Of a DNA stretch of 64,000 bases, positions 12,033 through 25,400 are shown piece by piece. Source of the DNA: Azolla caroliniana. Its lineage: Eukaryota; Plantae; Polypodiophyta. The position numbers were made by a program, and so were the translations under genes. The stretch's first letter is position 1. Every line of letters starts with the position of its first letter. The notes beneath the pieces were generated by a model, which was given only the letters and a program-made list of their open reading frames with translations, was not told the origin of the DNA and did not search any database. Location of the stretch: positions 9,486,001 through 9,550,000 of the forward strand of contig JBHGNT010000017.1 in NCBI GenBank assembly GCA_043228905.1. Reading direction: 5' to 3'.

Positions 12033-12495
12033 TGTTGTTCAATCGACAATTGCTATTTTGCCGACACGGTATAAGACGAACGTTCGTACCGAACGTTCTA
12101 TCAAGAAGTTGTGGTTAAACGAATAGACACAAATGATCTATAAACTTATCGGTGATAACAGACACCGAAATCGTGACTTATGTAATATAGTTTAGACAAA
12201 AAGAACTAGATGGCAAGAAGCAATCCGTACACAGAGATTTCATACCAAACTTTAATATTACTAAATACAACGATAGATTTTTACAATGCCTTCGGTTCCT
12301 TTTATAGGAAACCCGAAGGTCTTTTCTCATCAAGAAATCCTACTGCCTATAATTAACAAGAATTACAAAACTTCGTAACTAACTATGTCCTATTCGGCTA
12401 TCTGCTGAGTCATCGATCCGAACTGTCGATCCAACTCCGACTCCGACTCCGAACATCTTTTCAATTCCGACGCATCCATACTTGTCCGGGTAACA
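12033..12495 (-). repeat. Shared (middle) LTR of tandem element B
   Basis: Near-identical to 14481-14925; an Arg-type PBS on one side and an inverted tRNA-like motif on the other. Confidence 0.9.
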
Positions 12496-14480
12496 CTTGG
12501 CACGCATGTGGGCCAGGACGTTGTCCGGTGAACCCACGGGAACCCTTTACTCCTGCTGCTAAGAGGAAAGATCCTCCTCCATCACCAAATCCTCGTCCTG
12601 CAAAATGTCGAATAATGAGGGTTCTGCTTCCTGTGTTGCCACGCCTTCCTCGTCTTCATCTTCATCTTCGGTATCCTCCCCATCGTTGTTTTCCTGTCGG
12701 GTTCCTTCGGTCGATGGTCTTGGCTCTGTTTCTATTTCTACTTATGTATCTGCTTCTGGTGCCCCGATTCCAAGTGTTTTGGTGACTCTTTCGGCTTCGA
12801 TATTGTCTAACTCGACGGATGTCTTGACATCATGCTTGTCGAATTTTTGCATGATTCAATTAATTTCTTCTTTAAAATAAGCCGCCATGTCGTATAGGTC
12901 CTTAGCAATATCTTCCTGAACTGTGGTCATTGCTTCCTCCGACATCTTGAGGAAGCCTTTTCCCTGAACTTTCCTATTTTCTCTGTTGGCTCTTAATAGT
13001 TGAAGCTCTGCGGCTTGTGCCGACCATGTTTGCCAACCCTTCTCCAGCGATTCATTGACCAATTTTAGGGTGTTAATTCGGTGACGTCTAATGATCGCTT
13101 GAACCCTGTCTTGAGTCATTCTAGCCTCAAACTGTGTTGTTGCCAATGTTTTCCGTAAATCAATGAGTACCACATTGGTATGTCCTTCTGCCTGCATCAG
13201 TTTAGCTTGTGCCACGAAGAGATCAAGTAATCGTTTTTCAAAGACTGTTTGAATTTCTGCACATCGGTTTTCCAGCTTCGCTTTCTCTTCATTCCAGTTG
13301 TTCTACTGCTGAATTATTTTTCAGTTGATTTCATCTATCAGTTTGTCTTTACCACCCAACTGTGTTGTAAAACAAGTCTCTTGGCTCTTGGCATACTCTT
13401 CTAGTTCCTCGACTTGTTGCCTTGTAGTCTCTTGCTGTTGGGCTAACTGTTGGCGTAATTCTTGTATTACATTATCCTTTTCCCCCAAACATCTGTCGGT
13501 CGTCGCTTTTGATGACTGTAAACGAGCCTCCATTTCCCTGAACCTTTCCTCAGTCTTTTCCGCCTTAATTTATGCCTCTCTTCGTGCTTGTTCGGCTTGG
13601 TCCAATCTCTTTTGTAATTCCGAATCTGTCTCCAAAGGTTGCCTTTGTGACTCTAGCTGGAATATCTGTTCTCATGCCTTTTCTAGAGCCACTTGTTCTT
13701 TTTGCAGTTTATTTTTCAACTGCTGATTTTCTGCCTACATCCATTTATACTGTGCATTAAGCACATATGCAGCTGTTGTAGCTTGTTTGTATAGTTCAGC
13801 CATATCCCTGGCCACTCTGCTAGCCTTTTCATATTCTCAGTGTACTTCCACCAGTGCCTCATGTAATGGTAGTATTTGAATGGCTTCACCTCTATTTTTA
13901 GCATGTCGTTGTCGACCAATTCTATCCACTTCCGCTTGCTCATTTGGTTTGATAGCTCCACATAATGACTTTTGGATCATTATTTGATCTTTGTGCTCTT
14001 GTGCCATTCTTTCCGACACTTCTTGTAGTCTTTTAGCTAACCATTCTACCAGTTCATATGATGTTCCGAACTGTAGAATGGCATCTAGCTCATGTGCTCC
14101 TGTCGGGATGTTGGAAAAACCGAGTGCCTCTTGCACCGTTGTCGTTGATGCCTGCCCTTTCTGAACTCGTGACGTGTCATCTGGATTGACACGAGGTATT
14201 TGTGTGCTTTGGGCGGCTTGATCGTTAGTTCTCTTTTTCTTCTACGCAGGTTGTTCTTGCTCTAGTCTAGAGTATCTTTGGGACCATTGTTTCACCCTTT
14301 GTTGCTTCGGCGGTTGCTGGTCAATGTCGACTCGTCTCAATTCCTGCTGCTGTGACGGTTGCTCGTATGTCGTCCCTCGTTGTTGCATCCTCTGTGGTTG
14401 AGACTCCGGCGGTTGAGTCGGCTTGTGGTATCGACTGTTGAGACTGCGTCAACTGTTGTTGTTCCGCCAAAATTATACTC

Positions 14481-14925
14481 TGTTGTTCGGTCAACAATTG
14501 CTATTTTGCCGACACAGTATAAGACGAACGTTCGTACCGAACGTTCTATCAAGAAGTTGTGGTCAAACGAATAGACACGAATGATCTATAAACTTATCGA
14601 TGATAACAAACACCGAAATCGTGACTTATGTAATATAGTTTAGACAAAAAGAACTAGATGGCAAGAAGTAATCCGTACACAAAGATTTCCTAACCAAACT
14701 TTTATATTACTAAATACAATGATAGATTTTTACAATGCCTTCGGTTCCTTTTATAGGAAACCCAAAGGTCTTTTCTCATCAAGAAATCCTACTGCCTATA
14801 ATTAACAAGAATTACAAAACTTCGTAACTAACTATGTCTTATTCGGCTATCTGCTGAGTCATTGATCCGACTCTGACTCCGAACATCTTTCCGATTCCGA
14901 CGCATCCATACTTGTCCGGGTAACA
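14481..14925 (-). repeat. 5' LTR of tandem element B
   Basis: Direct repeat of 12033-12495; followed on the minus strand by an 11-nt spacer and TGGC. Confidence 0.9.
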
Positions 14926-15573
14926 ACTACGAGTCAGAATCGGCTAACCCTCAATGACCGATTGACACATGTCAACCCGAGCCAAGAGTAGAGTCGATAG
15001 AGACATCTGGATTGGAGCCGACAACGGGTGGAAGAAGATACCCACTCACAGAAAGGAGAGCACTGACTACATATGCCAATCAATACATCCTCTTGACTGA
15101 TGAAGGTGAACTTGGTTCCTATGATGAAGTGATTGCTAACGAGCACAAGGCGAAATGGCAGAGTGCAATGCAAGACGAGATGAACTCCTTGCATGAAAAT
15201 TATACCTACGATTTGGTAGAGCTACCAAAACGTAAAAGAGCACTCAGAAATAAATGGGTCTACAAGGTGAAGACTGGAGAAGTCGACAGCACACCCAGAT
15301 ATAAAGCCCACATTGTGTTAAAGGGGTTTCAATAGAACAAGGGTGTCGATTTCAACGAGATATTCGCACCAGTCATAAAGCTGACATCGATCAGAACTCT
15401 TCTGAGCAGAGCGGCCAGTATAGACTTGGAGATCGAACAATTAGATGTCAAGAAAACATTCTTGCATGGGGAGTTGGATGAAGAAAACTACATGCAGCAT
15501 CCTGAAGGCTTTGTAGAGAAAGGGAAAGAGAAGCTAGTGTGTCGATTGAAAAAAATCTTGTATGGATTAAAAC
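14926..15573 (+). pseudogene. Ty1/copia RT fragment (Tnt1/Tork-like)
   Basis: AMQDEMNSLHENYTYDLVELP, NKWVYK and QLDVK..FLHG motifs with stops. Confidence 0.85.
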
Positions 15574-15864
15574 TGTCATGATATGGCAAGATTCGAACCC
15601 ATGACCTTATGTTATATGAGTCGAGCCCTTGCCATTAGACTATGCATTGTAATACAAAAGATATTATTTTCATTCATTATTTCACTATAGAAAATTGATG
15701 TATATTCCAGATTTCTCTGGAACATTCTAGAAACTTCAGAAGTACTCCTGAAAACACTGTATGAGGCACAAGCCATTATTTCGAACCAAATTGGTTGAAC
15801 GCTAGTCTTAAGCCTCCTAGCTATCCTTGTATATTCTTTCCACATAATATATCTTTTGTCATCA

Positions 15865-15869
<5 letters not shown>

Positions 15870-15931
<62 letters not shown>
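15870..15931. repeat. (CT)n microsatellite within LTR
   Basis: Uninterrupted CT run. Confidence 0.95.
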
Positions 15932-15935
<4 letters not shown>

Positions 15936-16395
15936 TTCTACACCCTCTTTTCCTCTTAGTACTAATCTCCTCTCTGTGTCAGTACTATTCCTAATAGTTT
16001 GAACCAATTTTTCTCCTTCCTCCTCTTCCTTTTATCTTCTTACTTCTCCCTCCCTTCATACTAATCTCTTATTCCTCTTTAAATCTCTCATACTATGGCC
16101 ATTGTTAGCGCTCAAGAATATCAATCCATTTTCTCGGAATTGCAATGCTTAAAAGAGAAGTTTCTCGCATTGGAACAAGAAAATCAACGATTGTTGGGGG
16201 ATCTTCAATAAATTTCCTTAGAAAAGTAGCAGACGCAACAACAACATGGGGAACTAGTGTTACGTGTACAACAGCTCGAAGCGACTATTGTAGCATTGCA
16301 ACAACAAGGACCAAGTACACAAGGGATTCATAAAGAACCCAAGATCGGCCATACTATGAGATTAGATGGAACGCGATCACAGTTTAGACGATTCT

Positions 16396-17035
16396 GGTTG
16401 AGTGTGCAAGCTCAACTAGATCCGGATCGCCTGAATAAGCAAGAGCTAGATCGAGGAGACGGATCGGAGAGCCGGATTCGAGTGGGAACCGGAAGCCTAG
16501 TAGTAGCCTAGACTACTAGGTAATCATTGTCTCGTAGTTAGTGTCAATCGTACGTAGGAGCATTGAAGTACTTGTCAGTACTTCTATCAGTCCTTTTGAG
16601 GACTTGAATAAATAATGTTGTTCAACACGTTGTATGTACAGAGTGGTTTTATTATTTTTGAATCAACGTTTACGTTCTGCTCTCTCTGTCTCTCCCGTAT
16701 ATACTCTCTTTGTATTAAGCTTCTCCATTAAACCTTCATCTTATTCTCTGTTGTTATCCGGCTGAACCAGTTCTATCTAACAATTCCGCACGTTGTCGCG
16801 AAAATACGACAAGGATACGTGAACTTGAGGCAGGACCCCGGGGCCTTCGACCAGAGAATATCAAATTCGTGTGTTTTGATATGTAGTTGTCCATTTTGTA
16901 TCTAGTAAAATGCGTTTTGAAGCTCTTGAGTACATCCATCTTCCTATAACAAGCTACTAATCTAATCTAAAATAATTATTTCATTATTTTTTTACATAGT
17001 GTGTGAAGATTCACACGACAACGTTAACATTCACA
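16396..17035 (+). mobile_element. Solo LTR of a copia family related to the 62853-63259 LTR
   Basis: Shares GTTGAG..CAAGCTCAAC, CCGGATCG.CTGAATAAGC, AGACTACTAGGTA and GAGCATTGAAGTAC with 62853-63259. It splits the Tcn1 gag; flanks ATTCT/ATTCC. Confidence 0.75.
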
Positions 17036-19948
17036 ATTCCTTAATCAGGTACGATTAGTCATTCAAATGCATCCTTCCCAATATCCCATTGATGCATCAC
17101 GAGTCGGTCTAATAGGCACGTTGTTAAGTGGCTCACCTTTCGCATGGTTCGCTCCGTTGTTAGAAAAGGAATCTCCATTACTAAACTATTTTGGAGATAT
17201 TGATGGCATCAGGACAACAATCAACAAAATCTGACGATTACGTTAAGGTGACCGTCCAGCCTCTGTATACGTTGCAGATTTCCATCTACTCACCTCTGAT
17301 ATCCCCTTGGATGATCAAGCATTAAAGGAGCAATTTTGTTATGGCCTACGTAACAATGTCAAGGATTTACTCTTGACCTTCCCCGAAGAACCAAAGTCAT
17401 TGACAGAAGCAATCAGTCAATAACCACCTCTTTGAACTACGTTCGGAATGTCAGTTTTAAATGTTGAGGGCAAGATCGGAGCCCACCTATGCTTCACCCA
17501 AGTTGTGTGCTCGTTTTGGATCTCCATGACGCGTTTGTGAATCCCTGGTTCCACCACACGTTTGAAGCTAGAACAAGGGAGTCATTTAATACGTCTCCAA
17601 CAAATACTCCGACTCCAATGGAAATCGACTCGACACGTCATCGTGAACCACTAACGGAAGAAGAAAAGCAGCGACCTCGGGCAAATCAATTATGTCTTTA
17701 CCCCATCGGCCAAGAAGGCAGGTAAATCATATAACCGCTAGTACTAATAGTACTAAACCCGAGTCTGTTTCTCTATGTGTGTCTGATAGTTCTAATAGCC
17801 CAAGCCTTTCAAACAAATTTGAAATCCTTAGTCAACTAGAAGAAGAGTTAAACGATTAAGTCCAGCCAAAATAGGAGTCATTTGGTTGGACAGCCCTAAA
17901 TCTGTGCAGCCCATTAGTGGTTCCATTTCCTCTAAGCAAGTTAGCAATGTGTTCTTAGCTCAAGTAATGGTTAGTACTAAAAGTACTCCTCCAGTACATG
18001 TCTTAGCACTCTTAGATTCCGGAGCCAACCCTTGCTTCGTGGATAGGAATTTTGCCCAAGCTCATTAGATATCACTGAGAAAACTTTCTGGCCCAACATC
18101 TGTAGTAGTTATTGATGGTCATCCCATTGCTTCCGAAAAAATCATAGAGGAGTCAGAGCCGATTCAAGTTGGCCTAGATAACTTGGTGTGTGTAACTTAT
18201 CATTTAATATAATTAGTAGTCCAGATCATCCAATTGTCTTGGGGTTACCGTGGTTCGAATTACATAACCCAGACATAGATTGGAGAACAAGAGAATCCGG
18301 TATCGACAAATCCGAGGATCTACTCATAAGATTGCAACCATTTCACTACAACAATTGCGTGAGGAAGGATGCAAAGAAGCAATGTTTGTCTTCGCGGTAT
18401 CAGTAAAACCTTCCAACACTACTAAAGAGGAATCCACAGTTCAACTTCCAGAGAAGTATCGTCAATATGCCGATGTGTTCGATAAGGTACAAGCCAATAC
18501 GCTTCCTCACCATTGACCGTATGATTGCCCCATCAATTTACAACCGGGAAAAGAGCCACCATGGGAACCGATCTACAATTTGTCACCAACCGAGCTAATA
18601 GTACTTCGAGCCTATATAGATGAGAATTTGGCAAATGGTTTCGTTCGACATTCGAAATCTCCAACCGGCGCACCCATTTTCTTTGTCAAGAAAAAGGATG
18701 GATCACTTCGTCTCGTCGTAGACTACCATGGCTTGAATAAGGTCACCATCAAGAATAGGTATGTACTTCCCCTTATCTCAAGTCTTTTAGAATGGATCAA
18801 TGGTGCAAGGTTCTTCACAAAGATCGACTTACAAGGATCATATAACCTCATACATATCCGACCAGGAGATGAATGGAAGACCAAGTTTCGCACCAGATAT
18901 GGGCACTTCGAGTATACAATCATGCCATTCGGTCTCACTAATGCACCAGTAGTCTTCCGAGATCTCTTAGATGTTTGTTTGATCATCTATTTGGATGATC
19001 TACTGGTTTATTCGAAGACCCAAGAAGAGCATGATTCTCATGTATTGTTAGTACTAAAAACGGCTTCGAGAACATGGTCTTTATGCAAAACTAGAAAAAT
19101 TTAGCTTCGAGTGCAAGCAGGTGGAATTTCTGGGCTATGTCATCTCCTCGGAAGGCATCTCTATGGATGCAACTAAGGTCAAAACTGTGGTAGAGTGGCA
19201 GACTCCACATTCGTTGCGAAATGTGCAATGCTTTTACACTTTGTGAATTTCTACCGCAAGTTTATACAGGACTACTCAAAGCTTATTCTGCCTCTCACAC
19301 AGCTTACCAAGAAGAGGGATTTGTTTGTTTGGTCTAAAGAAGCGGACATGGCTTTTGAGAGTTTTAAGAAGGCATTTACATCAGCTCCTATTCTAACTCA
19401 TGTTGATCCGGGAAAACCATTCATCATTGAGGTAGACGCATGAGATTTCGCCTTGGGTAGAATTCTTTCACAACAAGGCGATGATGAAAAGCTACATCAT
19501 GTGGCTTTCCACTCACGCAAGTTTAACGCCGCCGAAATCAACTATGAAATTCACGATAAAGAGCTATTAGCAATAGTTGACTCTTTTACACAATGGAGGC
19601 ATTTTCTAGAGGGAACTTCTCATCAAGTCACCGTATTCAGTGATCACAAAAATCTTGCCTACTTCCAAAATGCTCGTGTATTAAATCGGCATCAAGCTCA
19701 GTGGGCCCAATTCCTCACTCTTTTCGACTTCAAAATTACATATCATCCTAGGAAACAGGGAAGGCAGATGCATTATCATGGCGCTCATATCTAGCACTGT
19801 GTCCCGATGAGCCAACATTCGATAACCAAAAGCAAGTAATCTTAGGACCGGCACGACTGCAAGCAACGCAGGTTTTCGATATGCCATTGGATTCCCACAT
19901 TATCGATACCATACGTGAGTACTTGAAGACAGATGCTTTCACTCAAGC

Positions 19949-21060
19949 TGTCATGAACACATGACCATTATGGCGTTACTTGGACTTGAACCTCAAACCT
20001 TGTAATCCATAATTGAAAACCTCAACCATTACGATAGCTTATTGTCATATGGGAAGATAAAAGCTACTTTTTGTATTAGATTGATTATTGTAATAACTCT
20101 ACATCATTCTAGAATGTTCTAGAATGTCCTAGAACATTCTAGAACATTATAGAAATCTCTAAGCTATTCTATAGGAACCTATAAAGAAGGTCATACATGT
20201 ATTCTCAAATCAATTCGAATCAACACCAGTCTTTAGCTCTCATTAGATATCTTGTATCCATTCTCTTTCTTTCTCTATATTAATACACTCATTCTTCTTT
20301 TAGCATTTCGTTCCTTTCTTCTCGTGTTCCCTTATATCCTTCTTCCATCACTCTATCTTTTATTCTTGGTTCTAACAGTTTGATTCGAATTCCCCCTCTC
20401 TCTCTCTCTCTCTCTCATCCTCCTCTGTAACCATCATGAAACCATGGCCACCATTAACTCAAAAGAATATCTCACCCTCGTTGCAAAAATGGAGAATCTT
20501 AAATCCAAGTTCGCATCTCTTCAAGTAGAGAATCAACGTCTACTTGGGGAGCTACAAAAGGTTACTATAGAGAAGCAGCAACAACAAGAGGAGTTCACAC
20601 GACGGGTTCAACAGTTAGAGTCAACAATCGTAATGTTACAACAACAAAGGGTTGAAGGTGAAGGACTTATCAGGAGCCTAAAATCAGCCTCCCAGCTAAA
20701 TTTGATGGTTCGAGGGCGCATTTCCGAGGTTTCTTGAATCAAGTACAGTTGGTGATTCAAATGCATCCCACACATTATCCGACAAATGCATCACGAGTCG
20801 GGTTAGTGGGCACCTTATTGAGTGGCATAGCGTTGTTGTGGTTTGCTCCATTGCTAGAGACAAATTCTCCTCTACTGAATAATTTTGAGAAATTTATCAA
20901 AGAATTTAAGGGTTGTTTCGGAGATACCGATGGGGCGAGAACAACTATCAACAAGATTCGTACACTACGTCAAGGTGATCGGCCAGCTTCGACATATGCA
21001 GCAAATTTCCGTCTCATTGCAAGTGATATTCCTTGGGATGAACAAGCCCTAATGGAGCAA
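19949..21060 (+). mobile_element. Second Tcn1-like element: 5' LTR 19949-20377 and truncated gag
   Basis: TG..CA LTR. Gag EPKISLPAKFDGSR, NQVQLVIQMHP..SRVGLVGTLLSG, paralogous to the gag at 16096-17400. Confidence 0.8.
20106..20155. promoter_or_regulatory. Heat-shock element array (alternating nGAAn/nTTCn) in LTR U3
   Basis: TTCtaGAAtgTTCtaGAAtgtcctaGAAcaTTCtaGAAcattataGAA, about 25 nt upstream of TATAAA (20180). Confidence 0.75.
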
Positions 21061-22433
21061 CTCTATTTGGACTTCCTACTAGTTGGGATTGCTTGGATGC
21101 AACACCAACTTAAGGTGGTGGATGCATGTTCTTCGGCTGTGGGCTACCCTTTGGCTAGCCATTAAGATTGCACCATTGGAACTATCCCAACTACATTTGG
21201 TACTACTTGGGTCTATACCAACCTAAACCTTGCTTGTGTCTATCCCAACTCTATTTGGACTTCCTACTAGTTGGAATTGCTTGGATGCACCACCAACTTA
21301 AGGTGGCACCTTCTTTGGGACTAGAACTAGACCCCTTGTTGAGTCCCAATTCAGTTTGGGATTGTGCCCTGATTGGGACAACCCAGAGAAACCACACTTA
21401 ATGTAATTGGACCATTATGAAGGTTGAACAAGGTGACCAAAGAACCAAACAGCCAAAACATGTATAAAATGTTATTATATGGAGATTGTAATCTTTATTA
21501 TGGATTTTACCAACTTGCCACCCCAAATATTTATTGTGAATTGTGAGTGCATTTACTTAGTACACAAATATTTCTACATAAAACAAAATGTCCAAAAAGA
21601 TACACAAAAAAACCGTTGAAGTAGCCCATTAATTAGGTTTGAACTTTCCCCTTCGTGGCTTACTCATGGCTTGCTTGCTATTGGGAAGTAATGAGTCAAA
21701 TCTAAAGTTTATATTCCATGATGGGGGGCAAGCCCAGAGGTAAATCCTTAAAAAACACACAAAATAATCACCAGACAACATTTGTAAAGGTAACAAATGA
21801 AGTATGACATCTCTGTATTTGTTATGTTCACTTCTCCTTGACAAAGACATGTTAAGCTTCCTACTGCACTGTACAATAATCATGTATACAAAAAACGCTA
21901 CCATTAATAAACTCTTTCAATGTGATTGTCTATCAACATAAAACCTTGCTGAAACACTATTGATACCTTTGAAAAAATGAACTCTTTCCTCTTTCCATAC
22001 GATTGTGCCTATCAATATAAAACTTCACTAAAAAGCATACAGCATGCAAACTGACTATAAATAATTTGATAATTCTGAACTTGTAACTTCTTGGAACATG
22101 CAATGATACTGAATGATAAAGAGGACATATGCTGTGCGAACATTATGATAGCGACTTCATAGTGTTAATGCCTGACAAGGAACTAAGATGCAAGAATGTG
22201 ACCAAAATAATGTTCTTGCTCTCGTATAAGTCCATCACCTATCTCGCAAACTAAACCAATATTTGAAGTTCAACGCATCCCCTGCAATCCTCCTCCAATA
22301 TACAAGACAAGAAAAGAGTACTTATATAGGTATTGAAGACTTCATTCATGAATTGTTCCGTTCATTATAAATGACTGACCGTCCAGACATAATCCACAAA
22401 AACCACAAAATCTAGAACAAACTATTCAACCAT

Positions 22434-25400
22434 CTAGGTTGCCATCGGCTCCACTTCATTGGCTGTGTCCAGGAGACTATTTTGAGCAGGAATCTCTTCA
22501 TACCAGATCGGCAATTTATTTCCAGCATAAAAATTCCTGGTGACACCCTGTTCATTAATCTGTGCATTCAAAGAGATTGATTAGAAGAAAATTTATTTTA
22601 AGTTCCTGATCAGAACAGTATATACAGCATGAGTTAAATACAGTGATAAATCTAATTGCATTCATATACCACAACAGTTCTCACAACGCCACCACTTCCA
22701 CTGTCACGTGCTATAGCTAATGACACTGCTTTAATAACTAAAGCCTGCAAAAAGACGATGAACATCAGTAGATAATATCTTTGCAATAAACTTATACTTT
22801 GATATCTAGTTGTTTGGGCAGCTGATGCTGCTGCTGGTTTAACTATATGGTCATATCACCCTGCAAATAATCTGTGCATTACATCTGCTTCTGGCAGCAC
22901 ATTTTAAGATTTGGATACAAGAAAGACACTTGATTTTTAAAGGGAGGAATTTTGGAGGTCAGGTTTTAAGTACCCATGTGTATTCCAGATTCATGCTAAG
23001 TGCTCTGGCACAATGTCTGGACACTTCATTTCTAGAGGGAGGAACTTTGCAGGTCAAGTTTTAGGTATCCACAGACTCATCGTAAGTGCAATGGCACGAT
23101 ATTTAGAAAATTGAAACAAGTGCGGTTGTATGACATCTTACTACAGCTACATGTTCCGAATTTCTAGCAGATGTTCAAGAATTTATAGTGTACCAGCAAT
23201 GACGTCACCTGGAGAAGCAGACATGTTAAAAGGGTGCGACAATTATCGTCTCTGCTGTTCCAGATTTCGATATCTTGTGTACACAGTTGAGGAAGGCCAA
23301 AAGCTTACCACCAATTATGGAAGAATGGAATGGCAGGCACATTGTCCTCATGGAGTTTTGGCATCTTGGATATTGAGAGACAGAAAAAGCTTGTGCAGTG
23401 CACACATTAAAATATATATTTGGAAAGAGTGGGGACTAAATTCAATATCTCAGGAGAAGCACAAGTGTGGAAAAACATGCCTAAATGAAGAATAGGCCAA
23501 GTTTTTTACAATAGAACTAAGCAAAATTTCTGTGATGAAGAGAAATTTGAGTAACACAGGAGGGCATCAATGATGTGTTATTGTCATTGATTACTTGGAT
23601 GATCTTCTGGACTCTTGGTACTGATTTCCGAATAATAAAGTTCTGGTTTGTATATGAGTGACTATTAGTGGGAAATTCTGTTTATTTCTTTCATCCAATC
23701 GTCACAAATATAAGAAATTTATGCTATACACATCCTGTGTTACAACAAATATAAGAAAACCGAATCTAAACCAAGGTTTAAATCATGCTGGATAGCCAGA
23801 TCATTTGAACAAAAACCCCGAGTAATAATAGATGCCATTGGGTGTATTTATGTATCATCATGCTCTTGGCAAGTATTTTAGTATGTACATATTCAATTGA
23901 AGTAAGCCCTAAGTCATGAATGGAGAAAGTTGAGCAAATAAACTTGCCTCAGCTTCCTCTTTGCTCATATCCTCTTTCCATGCTTGATCCAAGTATCCGT
24001 ACAAATAACTTGAACCAGATCCTATGCACATTAAGCAAATGTTAATTTACAACAAATCATCATCATACTACAACAATACATCATCACACTAGGTCTCTTT
24101 TACTAGACTTACCTCCCATCGCAAAAGGAAGAGAGAGGAGTGTGCCACCCAGTGGTACACCATAAATACTTCCACCATCATATTTATCCCAGCCAGCAAC
24201 AATAAGTCCAGCTTGAAGAAACGACTGTAAAAAAGGAGTTGGCCATATGCACTTCCATCAGCATAACAGAACTGGTCCAAATATGGATTTCAAGGAAAGA
24301 CATAGACCTTGTTTGAATATGAGAGTTCACGTATAAGGCTTGCAGCAGTTTTCACATTTGCAGGCCTTCCTAACTGAATCCTGCAAGTTGGATGGAAGAT
24401 GAGCGTACTAATTATGCGTTATGAGCTATCACACTACCATTGCAGAAAGTAGACCCTTTACGAAAAAACCAGATAGTAATTACGCTTTGCCAAATAGCTC
24501 AACTAAAAACAGGACTAACCCAAGACATTACACAAATAGCACAGGATGATGCACAGCTTCCGTATTTGCAAAACACATTAATGAACTGTGAGATTAATGT
24601 ATATGACAGAGAGGACTATTCGTTTAACACTTTCTTTCTTTGCAAAAACTGTCCAGTTAAAAGTGCTTCTCTGTCTCTTCTCTTCAGCCCTGCCCTTGCA
24701 ATGGATGTGAGTTAAACTGCAAGAACACAAAAGGTTCATTTGCCAAAGGGCCACCTTGGTCATCTGCAACGTAACTTAGAAAGACATCAACCCTAGTCAA
24801 AGAGTTTAAGTCAACTTTAGAATTTGAACACAAAATTGAAAGATGGATGCCAGATGCAGAAATGTATGGGCATTATAAGAGTGATTACGGTTCCAAAAGT
24901 TGGAATAAATCCATGTTCCTGATCATAGATGATAGGAGTCAATAGACATTGTCACAAGCACATACACCCCTGCATATCCAAGTGCAAAGAAATCCCCTTT
25001 GCCACAAGAACCAAAGGCAAAACATGCCCAAAAGGGAGTCTCTAAGATAATATAACCTTCACACAATAAGCAAGTGTGGAAGACCGGACATTATCCAGCC
25101 TGCTATTTCCCTCAACATGGAAAGATAAAATAACGAAATAGCATCACGACAGTAACAACTATACAGCCAGAGATGTAACCATAGATTATTAATCCAAGAA
25201 GACTTTGCCATCCAAAAATTACAATCAAAAGGTAAAGGGACAATGATTTAGAGAGAGGGAATCGATTAATAGCCCACTGAAGTTAGCTTGTCCTCTTGTT
25301 GGATTATCACACAACTTTAAAACCCATGAAAAAATATAATTACAAGAATTTAGTGATTTTCAACTGAAGGAAGAGACATTTGAGATATGTTTTGTTCCCA

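Larger units (their letters stand above)
10250..14925 (-). mobile_element. Tandem Athila-like element (copy B): LTR - truncated extra ORF - LTR - PBS - gag (truncated)
   Basis: LTR pair at 14481-14925 and 12033-12495 (TG..CA). Extra-ORF remains at ~12530-14460 (WQTWSAQAAELQLLRANRENR). Gag remains at ~10250-11767 (MSYPYSKF.., CCHC knuckles). Confidence 0.85.
15574..19948 (+). mobile_element. Degraded Tcn1-like (chromovirus-type) Ty3 element: 5' LTR ~15574-15996, gag, PR, RT, RNase H; 3'-truncated by a related element
   Basis: Gag [78 protein letters not shown]; many stops. Lineage assignment is by motif resemblance. Confidence 0.85.

Noticed and set aside
21058-21306. ~60-bp direct repeat and short ORFs
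   Set aside because: Probably a degraded repeat fragment; no motif could be assigned.
22940-23630. Intronic ORF 23130-23495, small duplication and possible C/D boxes
   Set aside because: Antisense to PBA1, no recognisable domain, and box motifs are imperfect.
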